Positions 27,364 through 34,772 of a DNA stretch of 41,550 nucleotides are shown one piece after another. The stretch lies in IMG/VR virus record IMGVR_UViG_3300045988_077180, one strand, 5' to 3'. The position numbers and the translations under genes are program-made. The notes under the pieces are model-generated. The model worked only from the letters and a program-made list of their open reading frames with translations. It was not told where the DNA came from and made no database searches. Position 1 is the stretch's first letter, and each line of letters starts with the position of its first letter. The DNA is from a virus.

Positions 27364-27780
27364 ATGAGATTCGGAAGAAGAAAATACAACGCTTATAGAA
27401 AACGTAACTTTACAGCTACAGATAACCAACGTAGAGAATACGCTAAAAAAATGAATGAACTTTCAGAAGAGTTCTCAAAACTAGAAGGATGGAATTTATC
27501 AAGCATGAAAGATAGTGCTTATAAAGATTTTGGGAATTACTCAGTGAGATTATCTAATCACTCTGCAGATAATAATTACCACAACTTAGACGGAGGATAT
27601 TTACTAATAAATATTAAAGCTAGTAAATTAGATTTCGTAGATATAATCAACAACAAACTAGATGAGATCCTAGAAAAAATAAACACACTAGACTTAGAAA
27701 AATACAGATTCATCAACGTAACAAAAAGCAATATCAACTGTTACTACAAAGGATATAAAACAAAAAAGGATGTAATTTAA
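27364..27780 (+). CDS. Hypothetical protein, first gene of the SNF2/IbrA/IbrB cassette (basic N-terminus)
   Basis: 138 aa with a GAGG RBS. Only 1 nt separates it from the next ORF. No motif recognised. Confidence 0.65.
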   Translation: MRFGRRKYNAYRKRNFTATDNQRREYAKKMNELSEEFSKLEGWNLSSMKDSAYKDFGNYSVRLSNHSADNNYHNLDGGYLLINIKASKLDFVDIINNKLDEILEKINTLDLEKYRFINVTKSNINCYYKGYKTKKDVI

Positions 27781-27781
27781 A

Positions 27782-28147
27782 ATGTGGAAGACAATTCAAT
27801 TTAACAAACAAAACATAGAATACGACACAGGGGCGGCAGTTTTAATCAAACTGCCAAACCGTTCTAATTACAAGGGATATAAATTTTGGCATCCAGCCAA
27901 ATTAGTGAGAGAAATGAGAAAGGGGAACGGGTATTTTCTAACATTAAGCTATACAGATGATTTTGTGTTTAAAGTTTTTAAAACTGATAAGAGAGGTAGA
28001 AAGTTAGATAGCATTGAGTTTACTGGAGATGGTTTAGCTGGAGAGTTTAGACAACTTACTGAATCTGATGACACTAGCTTTTTAGAAATAACAGAACCTG
28101 TTAAGGTTGAAAGAAAAGTAGAAGTAATCAAGGAGTTAGAGAGATGA
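27782..28147 (+). CDS. Hypothetical protein, second gene of the cassette
   Basis: 121 aa. Its stop overlaps the SNF2 start (ATGA). No motif recognised. Confidence 0.65.
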   Translation: MWKTIQFNKQNIEYDTGAAVLIKLPNRSNYKGYKFWHPAKLVREMRKGNGYFLTLSYTDDFVFKVFKTDKRGRKLDSIEFTGDGLAGEFRQLTESDDTSFLEITEPVKVERKVEVIKELER

Positions 28148-29388
28148 TGTTAACCGAAACTCAACAATGGGCGTTTGATAAATTCAAAAGATTAAAAGTT
28201 GGTGCTTTATTTATGAAGCAAGGAACAGGAAAAACAAGAGTAGCGATAGAATTAATAAAAACTACTGATAGTGACTTAGTATTGTTTTTTACACCTTGCT
28301 CAACTAAAGATAATCTACAACAAGAGCTTATTAAATGGCAATTTAACAGGCAGTATATCATAACTGGATATGAAACCTTATCAAGCAGTGATAAAACGTA
28401 TATAGAGCTTTTAAATGCTATTGAAGGTAGGAAAGTATTTATTGTCGCAGATGAGAGTATATTTATTAAAAATGATGATACAAAACGCTATAAAAGATTA
28501 ATGAGTATCGCAAAAGAAAGCGAGTATAGATTAATATTAAATGGTACACCATTAACAAAAAACGAATGGGATATTTACAATCAGATGAATTTCTTGAGCT
28601 ATAAAATAATCAACATGAGTAAGCAAGAATTTCTAAATGTATTTTTTAAGAAGATATCATATAAGAAAGCTGGACAACGTCCTAGAGAATTTTACAAGCT
28701 GTCAGATGTCAACATAGAGTTTCTACATCACTTAATAGCACCATATATATATGAATGTGATTTTAACTTTGATAGAGAAGAGACAACACAATATGTAAGA
28801 ATAATCGCTAGTAATGATAATAAAGAAGATTATAACGTAAAAAAACAAACCTTACTTAACTCACTAGGAAAGGGAGAAAGTATAATTCAACAATTTCAAA
28901 ATCTAGCGTTGTCTTGTTTTAATGATGAAAAACGACATAAAGAAATAGCAGATTGTATTAAAAATCAAGGTCAAATAATAGTCTTTTGTACCTTTATAGA
29001 AGAAGCAGAAAGCATAGCTAATGAATTGAACTGTTATTTAATTACAGGAGCTACACCATTAAAAGAGCGTGTTGTTATCCTAGATAAGTTTAAAAATGAT
29101 AATAAGGCATTAGTGATGACATTAGGAACTGGAGCTTATGGGCTTAATCTACAATTTTGTAATAAGGTAGCTTTTGCGAGTATCACTTTTGATTATTCAA
29201 AAACAGAACAAGCCATAAGTAGGATTAAAAGAATAGGACAAGAGAATGATATTGAATATATATATTTTACATCAGACTTAGGAATATTTAATATGATCTT
29301 AGAAAATAATGAAAAGAAAAGAGATCTTAAAGAATTGTTGATAGATAAGATAGAACAAGGAGGAAACTATTTTGAAGAAGTATTGTGA
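28144..29388 (+). CDS. SNF2-family (DEAD-like) helicase/translocase core
   Basis: KQGTGKT (motif I), IVADESIF (motif II), LILNGTPLTKN (motif III) and SRIKRIGQ (motif VI). 414 aa. Confidence 0.85.
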   Translation: MMLTETQQWAFDKFKRLKVGALFMKQGTGKTRVAIELIKTTDSDLVLFFTPCSTKDNLQQELIKWQFNRQYIITGYETLSSSDKTYIELLNAIEGRKVFIVADESIFIKNDDTKRYKRLMSIAKESEYRLILNGTPLTKNEWDIYNQMNFLSYKIINMSKQEFLNVFFKKISYKKAGQRPREFYKLSDVNIEFLHHLIAPYIYECDFNFDREETTQYVRIIASNDNKEDYNVKKQTLLNSLGKGESIIQQFQNLALSCFNDEKRHKEIADCIKNQGQIIVFCTFIEEAESIANELNCYLITGATPLKERVVILDKFKNDNKALVMTLGTGAYGLNLQFCNKVAFASITFDYSKTEQAISRIKRIGQENDIEYIYFTSDLGIFNMILENNEKKRDLKELLIDKIEQGGNYFEEVL

Positions 29389-30670
29389 TTTAAATGTATA
29401 TAAAGCAGCACAAGAAAGAGTTAAATATATATTTGATGAGTTTGAAAATATATACGTTTCTTTCTCTGGTGGAAAAGATAGTGGAGTTTGTATGCATTTA
29501 ATGTGTGAAGAAGCACAACGAAGAAATAGAAAAATAGGTGTGCTATTTATCGATATAGAAGCACATTACCAAATGACTATTGACTACGCAAAAAGTATGA
29601 TAGATAAATATAAAGATGTAATTATACCTTACTGGGTGTGTTTACCTATGGAAACTGACAACAGCTTATCTTATGATGAGATGACGTGGAGCTGGTGGGA
29701 AACTGAAAAGAAAGATATATGGGTAAGAGAGATGCCAACAATGGATTATGTTATAAATGTAGACAATAACACTATTGATTATTACAAATATAAAATGACG
29801 TTTGAAGACTTTGTAGCAAAGTTTGGAAATTGGTATGGAAAGGGAGAAAAAACAGCTTGTATAATTGGTATCAGAACACAAGAGAGTTTAAATAGATGGC
29901 GTGCTTTAACTAATCAAAATAAAACTAGGTATAAAGACACAATGTACTCTACCAAAGTAGATAAGAATGTGTTTAATTTTTATCCTATATATGACTGGAC
30001 AACAGAAGATATATGGGTATATTATGGCAAAACTGGAAATGAATATAACAAATTTTACGACTTAATGTATAAAGCAGGTGTATCTATTCATAGCATGCGA
30101 ATAGATGAACCTTTTGGAGATACAGCAAAAGCAGGGTTAAATATGTTCAAAATTATAGAGCCAAAAACTTGGGTTAAAATTGTAGGTAGAGTTGCGGGTG
30201 CTAATTTTGGCAACATATACGCTAATTCATCTATTAATACAGCTAATTACAAATTGCCAAAAGGTCACACGTGGGAAAGTTTCACTTACTTTTTACTAGA
30301 TACTTTGCCAGAAACAGCAAGTAATCACTATAAAGAAAAGTTTGATAAGTTTATAAAATGGTGGACAGAAAAAGGCTCAGGAATGAGAAAAGAAGATATA
30401 GATATATTAAATATTAATTATAAAGACGCAGTATTTCAAACAGGAGAAATTAGTAATAGAGGTAATAAAGATAAAGAAATAGTTAGATTTAATCATGTAG
30501 TAGACACAATACCAGAACTAGACAGTAAGCAAGATGTTTTAACGTGGAAAAGAATGGCAATGTGTATTATTAAAAATGATTACTTCTGTAAAAGTTTATC
30601 TTTTGGAATAAGCAAGGAACAGCTTAAAAGAAGAAAGGAGACAATGAAGAAATATGAAACAATTTTGTAG
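29372..30670 (+). CDS. ibrA: IbrA-like PP-loop protein (PAPS-reductase fold plus a DUF3440-like C-terminal region)
   Basis: TTG start 7 nt after AAGGAGG. N-terminal VSFSGGKDSGV PP-loop. Length (432 aa) and overall pattern match IbrA-type proteins. Confidence 0.8.
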   Translation: MKKYCDLNVYKAAQERVKYIFDEFENIYVSFSGGKDSGVCMHLMCEEAQRRNRKIGVLFIDIEAHYQMTIDYAKSMIDKYKDVIIPYWVCLPMETDNSLSYDEMTWSWWETEKKDIWVREMPTMDYVINVDNNTIDYYKYKMTFEDFVAKFGNWYGKGEKTACIIGIRTQESLNRWRALTNQNKTRYKDTMYSTKVDKNVFNFYPIYDWTTEDIWVYYGKTGNEYNKFYDLMYKAGVSIHSMRIDEPFGDTAKAGLNMFKIIEPKTWVKIVGRVAGANFGNIYANSSINTANYKLPKGHTWESFTYFLLDTLPETASNHYKEKFDKFIKWWTEKGSGMRKEDIDILNINYKDAVFQTGEISNRGNKDKEIVRFNHVVDTIPELDSKQDVLTWKRMAMCIIKNDYFCKSLSFGISKEQLKRRKETMKKYETIL

Positions 30671-31175
30671 TCCAGTATATAATATTAAGGAAATACCTAT
30701 TGAAAAAATACAAGCTAACAGCTACAATCCAAACCATGTTGCACCACCAGAAATGAAGTTATTATATAAGTCTATATTAGAAGATGGTTACACAATGCCT
30801 ATTGTTTGTTACTATTTAGAAGATGAAGATAGATATGAGATAGTAGACGGATTTCATAGATATACTGTTATGAAAAAACATAAAGATATATTTGAAAGAG
30901 AAAATGGCTGCTTACCTGTATCTGTTATTGATAAACCTATTAGCGATAGAATGGCATCAACAATCAGACACAATAGAGCTAGAGGTAGTCATGATGTAGA
31001 ACTTATGACAAATATCGTTTCCGAGTTAGTAGAGAGTGGTTGTTCTGACACATGGATAATGAGACATATTGGAATGGATGCAGATGAACTGTTAAGGTTA
31101 AAACAATTAAGTGGACTAGCTTCATTATTTAAAGATAAATCTTTTTCAAAATCATGGGTTGTTGATTCTGATTAA
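30654..31175 (+). CDS. ibrB: IbrB-like ParB/Srx nuclease-like domain protein
   Basis: IQANSYNPNHV, YEIVDGFHRY and IRHNRARGSH motifs. Has a 17-nt overlap with the ibrA-like gene. Confidence 0.8.
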   Translation: MKQFCSPVYNIKEIPIEKIQANSYNPNHVAPPEMKLLYKSILEDGYTMPIVCYYLEDEDRYEIVDGFHRYTVMKKHKDIFERENGCLPVSVIDKPISDRMASTIRHNRARGSHDVELMTNIVSELVESGCSDTWIMRHIGMDADELLRLKQLSGLASLFKDKSFSKSWVVDSD

Positions 31176-31187
31176 TTCTGATATAAT
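31159..31187 (+). promoter_or_regulatory. Promoter TTGTTG-17-TATAAT with a TG extension
   Basis: TTGTTG at 31159-31164; TGATATAAT at 31179-31187. Lies directly after the ibrB-like stop. Confidence 0.5.
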
Positions 31188-31213
31188 TATAAAAAATATT
31201 TAGGAGCGATAAC

Positions 31214-31393
31214 ATGGGTAAATTATCAGAAGCAAAATTAAGAGGTAATAAAAAGTGGGATGACAACAATAGAGAAAGAAAGAGATATATTAACAAGAGA
31301 TCTACAGCTAGAAATTTCATAAAAACTATGGAACGTGAGGATATTCCTGAGTTCGAAGAATTATTAAAAGAAAGAAAAGCTAGAAATGATTAG
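31214..31393 (+). CDS. Small highly basic protein (59 aa), hypothetical DNA/RNA-binding
   Basis: AGGAG RBS 7 nt upstream. KLRGNKKWDDNNRERKRYINKRSTARNFIK. Has its own promoter and terminator. Confidence 0.55.
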   Translation: MGKLSEAKLRGNKKWDDNNRERKRYINKRSTARNFIKTMEREDIPEFEELLKERKARND

Positions 31394-31398
31394 TCATT

Positions 31399-31431
31399 GG
31401 AGGTAGAAATAAAACTACCTCTTTTTTATTT
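31399..31431 (+). terminator. Rho-independent terminator
   Basis: GAGGTAG, an 8-nt loop, CTACCTC, then TTTTTTATTTT. Confidence 0.7.
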
Positions 31432-31441
31432 TGTAAATTTA

Positions 31442-31450
31442 TGTTAAAAT
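31442..31450 (+). promoter_or_regulatory. Extended -10 element TGTTAAAAT
   Basis: TG at 31442-31443; TAAAAT at 31445-31450. Lies upstream of the ORF at 31469. Confidence 0.35.
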
Positions 31451-31468
31451 AAGCCAGAGGTGGAAGAG

Positions 31469-31822
31469 ATGAAAAGATATTATTTAAACAGTTTTAACAA
31501 TTTAAGAATGGAAAATTTTCTATTAAGAAATAACGATATACAAAAAGATAATCAAGGGATCTACACAGAAGATGTTGAAGATTTTAAAGATTTTCAAGAA
31601 CAATTTGATAGCTTAGAATATTTTAAGACTATTCAAAAATTCATAGATGTTTTTGACTTAGAGTATATGATTTCTAAAGACAACTTTACTTACTATGTAA
31701 GAGTAATAGAAGATGATGCAAACAATGTATTTTCTTTAATATATGAAAGTCAAGATGGCACAGAAGATGTGAATATATCTGATGTAGTAGAAATAAGAAG
31801 AGGAGATATTCTCTGTGATTAA
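31469..31822 (+). CDS. Strongly acidic hypothetical protein (117 aa), last gene before attP
   Basis: GAGGTGGA RBS. About 26 Asp/Glu against about 12 Lys/Arg by my count. Confidence 0.6.
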   Translation: MKRYYLNSFNNLRMENFLLRNNDIQKDNQGIYTEDVEDFKDFQEQFDSLEYFKTIQKFIDVFDLEYMISKDNFTYYVRVIEDDANNVFSLIYESQDGTEDVNISDVVEIRRGDILCD

Positions 31823-32092
31823 TTTTAAAATTTAAGTGAGCAAAAAATGGACTTAAGTTAAATTTATATGATGTTATATGAGAATATAAATAACAAAAAA
31901 TACTATTAAATCAATCATTTGGCATTACATAACATTATATAAAATACTAGTAATATAATGAAAGGGTTTATGGAATAACCTCTATAAATATTGATGTAAT
32001 AGTCTTTCTATTTAAATAAATATACTTAGTGAGCAGTTAGTGAGCAATAATATTTTTTACATTGAAATTCATAGAAATATATACAAAAAATT
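31823..32092. other. Probable attP region with arm-type direct repeats (T)AGTGAGCA
   Basis: AT-rich non-coding DNA next to the int 3' end. AGTGAGCAA at 31835-31843. Tandem TTAGTGAGCA at 32026-32035 and 32037-32046. Confidence 0.45.
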
Positions 32093-32119
32093 AAGGCAGT
32101 TTAAATAACTGCCTTTTTT
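32093..32119. terminator. Bidirectional terminator between the moron island and integrase
   Basis: AAGGCAGTT, loop TAAAT, AACTGCCTT, flanked by A-runs and T-runs on both strands. Confidence 0.7.
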
Positions 32120-33188
32120 AAAATTCTATATCTCTAAATACATCTAATTCTTTTTGTTTTGCCTTTTTAGTTTTGTGAATATACACAGCTCTTGTAATCT
32201 CTGTTCCTTTGTGTCCTAGACGAGCGGATATTAATTCTAGTGGGATTTCTGCATCCATACATAAACTAGCGTGTGTATGACGTGTCTTATGAAATGTGAA
32301 TTTAACAGAGTGAATATTATCACGAGTCCATTTGCTAACTGCACTGTAAGAGTTATAATCTCCGTTAGCTTTAGGGAAGAGTATTCCGTTATTAGTATAT
32401 TTGCTACTCATAGCAGCTTTGATTTTATTCATCTCAACTCTATTCTTAAGGATTTCTTGGCATTTTTTATTTAATGATATTACACGCTTAGAGTCATAAG
32501 TTTTTGGAGAAGATATATTTTTATAGTGGTCTATATTCTTATCAACATTAAGTGTTCCATTATCTAATATATCATCTTCTGTAAGTGCTAGTGTTTCTCC
32601 AATCCTTAGTCCGGAATTAATCATAAAGTTTATCATATCATGATAATACTGATTGTTCTCAACTTCTTTTAATATCACTTCTATTTCTTCTTTTTCGAAG
32701 TATTTTCCATCATAGTTAACTTTATGTTCCTTTAAATCAAGTTTATCTAACCACATTATATTTTCTATGTAGTCCAGTTTATACATCATTCTAAGAACTC
32801 GTTTAAAGAACTTTAAATAAATATTATAGCTATTATTTGTAGTAGCTATTTTTTTGACTAGAGTATCTAAATAAAGAGAGTTAACATTTAATAACGGCGT
32901 ATCGAAATTAGTTCTCTTTGTCTTACTAATTCTACTTTCATAGAGTTTATATGTACTAACTTTCACTTCATCTTTAACTCTCTCTAAATACATTTCTAAA
33001 GCTGTAAAAAATGTAATTCGGAGATCTACAAATGTTTCTTCTTTAAGTTTCTTTTTTCTTAATATTTCAGTAGCTAATCGTTGGTTTTTATTTTCTAGCG
33101 TAATGCTAATTGATTTCATTTTACCCCTAACATCTTTAACTCGGGTACGATACATATATTTTCCGTTAGGTTTCTTAACTACCCACAT
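32118..33188 (-). CDS. int: Tyrosine integrase
   Basis: GLRIGETLAL (Arg), FHKTRHTHASL (H-x-x-R) and LGHKGTEITRAVYIH (His...Tyr). Likely start is MWVVKKPNGKY at 33188. Confidence 0.9.
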   Translation of the reverse strand: MWVVKKPNGKYMYRTRVKDVRGKMKSISITLENKNQRLATEILRKKKLKEETFVDLRITFFTALEMYLERVKDEVKVSTYKLYESRISKTKRTNFDTPLLNVNSLYLDTLVKKIATTNNSYNIYLKFFKRVLRMMYKLDYIENIMWLDKLDLKEHKVNYDGKYFEKEEIEVILKEVENNQYYHDMINFMINSGLRIGETLALTEDDILDNGTLNVDKNIDHYKNISSPKTYDSKRVISLNKKCQEILKNRVEMNKIKAAMSSKYTNNGILFPKANGDYNSYSAVSKWTRDNIHSVKFTFHKTRHTHASLCMDAEIPLELISARLGHKGTEITRAVYIHKTKKAKQKELDVFRDIEF

Positions 33189-33332
33189 ACTAACACATCC
33201 TTTCTTTATTAATAGTAAGATGTGTGATATAATTAAATTAATGAGCGAGGTTCGCTCCACATCTTAAGTAATTTTGAGAGTAATATTGTTATGTGACGAT
33301 ATAATAATACTCAAAATGGACTTACAGTTGAC

Positions 33333-33368
33333 AAACTCACAACTCTTGGCGGGGGCGTGAGTTTTTTT
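33333..33368 (+). terminator. Orphan + strand terminator-like hairpin between two - strand genes
   Basis: AAACTCAC, a 16-nt G-rich loop, GTGAGTTT, then TTTT. Confidence 0.35.
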
Positions 33369-33396
33369 AATTTGATTTAATTTAACAACATGAAAT

Positions 33397-33418
33397 TCAC
33401 GCGAAAATCACGCGAAAA
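33397..33418. repeat. Tandem 11-bp repeat TCACGCGAAAA x2
   Basis: Read directly. Lies in the 310-bp gap between the lipoprotein gene and int. Confidence 0.8.
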
Positions 33419-33498
33419 AATATACATGAAAAGCTTTTATAACAAGCTTAAGTTGATTTTTAAATATAACATCAACATGAAAATAACACGCTTTTTAT

Positions 33499-33963
33499 TT
33501 ACTCAAAATAGTTAGGACGGGTTACATTTTTATTGACTTCTAATGCTTTGTTCGTTTTGTCGTGAATATAAAGCCCGCTTTCTGGGTTGTAGTTGAAATA
33601 AGCTGCTTTTAAGATTGTACCGTTTAATTTCATATTATAAATTAACAAATCGCCATTATCAACCATAATATTAAAACCGTTATCTAAATAAACTACTAAC
33701 ACTTTGAATTTACCTCTCTCCCTTTGTTTAGCGACAAAATCATGGAATTGTCGTTGAGTTATGTAATTAAAATCGACAACAGTCATTTCCATTTTATAAA
33801 CCCCGTCAGTTTCGACTGCTATTTTTCCAGGATCTAATATGCGAGAAATTCTCTCAGCTTGTTTTTGTTCAGTCGTCATCTCTTTTGGTGCTTCAGCTTT
33901 TGTTGAACTGCACCCTGTTAATACTAATGATGTTGTTAATAATACTTTTAATAATTTTTTCAT
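33499..33963 (-). CDS. Prophage lipoprotein (candidate superinfection-exclusion factor)
   Basis: Signal peptide with a lipobox: MKKLLKVLLTTSLVLTGCSS. AGGAGG RBS. Lies between the repressor and integrase. Confidence 0.75.
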   Translation of the reverse strand: MKKLLKVLLTTSLVLTGCSSTKAEAPKEMTTEQKQAERISRILDPGKIAVETDGVYKMEMTVVDFNYITQRQFHDFVAKQRERGKFKVLVVYLDNGFNIMVDNGDLLIYNMKLNGTILKAAYFNYNPESGLYIHDKTNKALEVNKNVTRPNYFE

Positions 33964-33982
33964 AATTGTTTCCTCCTATTAA

Positions 33983-34360
33983 TTAGAATTTACGTCTTAA
34001 TTCAATAACTTTTCCTACTATAGTAACCGGTAACCTTTCTATCTGTTCGTTTGTGTAAAATGTAGGGGTGTAATTGCTATTATTAGGTATTAACATTATT
34101 CCATTTTCAGAACGCTCATATCTTTTACATGTTGCATCATCTCCATTAACCATAGCAATAACTGTATCTCCATTATCTGCTGAAGATTGTTTCCTAACAA
34201 TTACAACATCTCCATTTTCTAGAGTGGGATACATTGAGTCTCCTTTAATTTTTAATCCAAAGAACTCTCCTTGATTTTCCCAAGATTGAGGTAATTCTTC
34301 ATAATCTAATATATCCTCAACAGCTGCTATTGGTATTCCAGCTGGAACAGTTCCTAGCAC
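33983..34360 (-). CDS. Peptidase S24 (LexA/CI C-terminal) domain ORF
   Basis: VPAGIP cleavage-site-like motif, GDSMYPTL (Ser) and TCKRY (Lys). The frame is continuous with the upstream HTH ORF except for one TAG. Confidence 0.7.
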   Translation of the reverse strand: MLGTVPAGIPIAAVEDILDYEELPQSWENQGEFFGLKIKGDSMYPTLENGDVVIVRKQSSADNGDTVIAMVNGDDATCKRYERSENGIMLIPNNSNYTPTFYTNEQIERLPVTIVGKVIELRRKF

Positions 34361-34399
34361 AGGTATCTTTATTCCTTTAGAATTATGAGGTTCATCTTC

Positions 34400-34591
34400 C
34401 TACCCCATAAGATAACTTTCTGAAACTTTTAATACTCTTGATAATTCCGTTATTTTAGACAATGGTAAATCTACTAAACCTTTCTCATATTTACTAATAG
34501 AACTTTCATGAACCCCAATCCTTTTCGCTAATTCTCTTTTTGTTAATTTTAAGAGTTCCCTAGATTCTCTTATTCTATCAGATGTTTTCAC
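34400..34591 (-). CDS. XRE-family HTH domain ORF (CI-like repressor N-terminal domain)
   Basis: LKLTKRELAKRIGVHESSISKYEKG. GTG start 6 nt after GGAGTG. Divergent from the cro-like gene. Confidence 0.8.
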   Translation of the reverse strand: MKTSDRIRESRELLKLTKRELAKRIGVHESSISKYEKGLVDLPLSKITELSRVLKVSESYLMG

Positions 34592-34628
34592 TGTTTACAC
34601 TCCAATCATTATTTATTTTTGTACAATC

Positions 34629-34749
34629 ATTATACCATCTATTTGAATTAAAATAAAGTATTTTTTAACGAAAATAAAAAAAACTTGAATTTAAGTATTG
34701 ACAATATGAATAATAAATGATAGTATATGAGTATGAATTAAATTCAAGT
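34629..34749. promoter_or_regulatory. Genetic switch: divergent promoters with CTTGAATT-type operators
   Basis: Rightward TTGACA (34698-34703)-17-TAGTAT (34721-34726). Leftward TGGTATAAT (complement of 34629-34637). Operators at 34643-34655, 34684-34697 and 34734-34749. Confidence 0.6.
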
Positions 34750-34772
34750 TAAATTTAACGAAGGAGGAAAAC

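Larger units (their letters stand above)
33983..34591 (-). pseudogene. CI/LexA-like repressor (HTH_XRE + S24) interrupted by a single in-frame TAG at 34400-34402
   Basis: ...SESYLMG-TAG-EDEPHNSKGIKIPVLGTVPAGIP... all lies in one frame. Readthrough would give about 202 aa. Confidence 0.5.

Noticed and set aside
31844-31855. The 12-nt match AAAATGGACTTA on both sides of the integrase gene (31844-31855 and 33313-33324), considered as att-related repeats.
   Set aside because: Dozens of 12-mer coincidences are expected by chance in 41.5 kb of AT-rich sequence, and the match does not extend further.
33300-33305. A TATAAT box at 33300-33305, considered as the promoter of a fourth sRNA-like unit ending at the 33333-33368 hairpin.
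   Set aside because: There is no TG extension and no acceptable -35 at a 16-18 nt spacing (TTGAGA is 20 nt away). The promoter call is not supportable, so only the hairpin is reported.
34400-34402. Genome-wide TAG reassignment as the explanation for the in-frame amber codon in the repressor.
   Set aside because: TAG clearly terminates well-defined genes whose neighbours start immediately afterwards, for example TerL at 5591-5593, the RBP-like gene at 25761-25763 and the gpGT product at 11745-11747.
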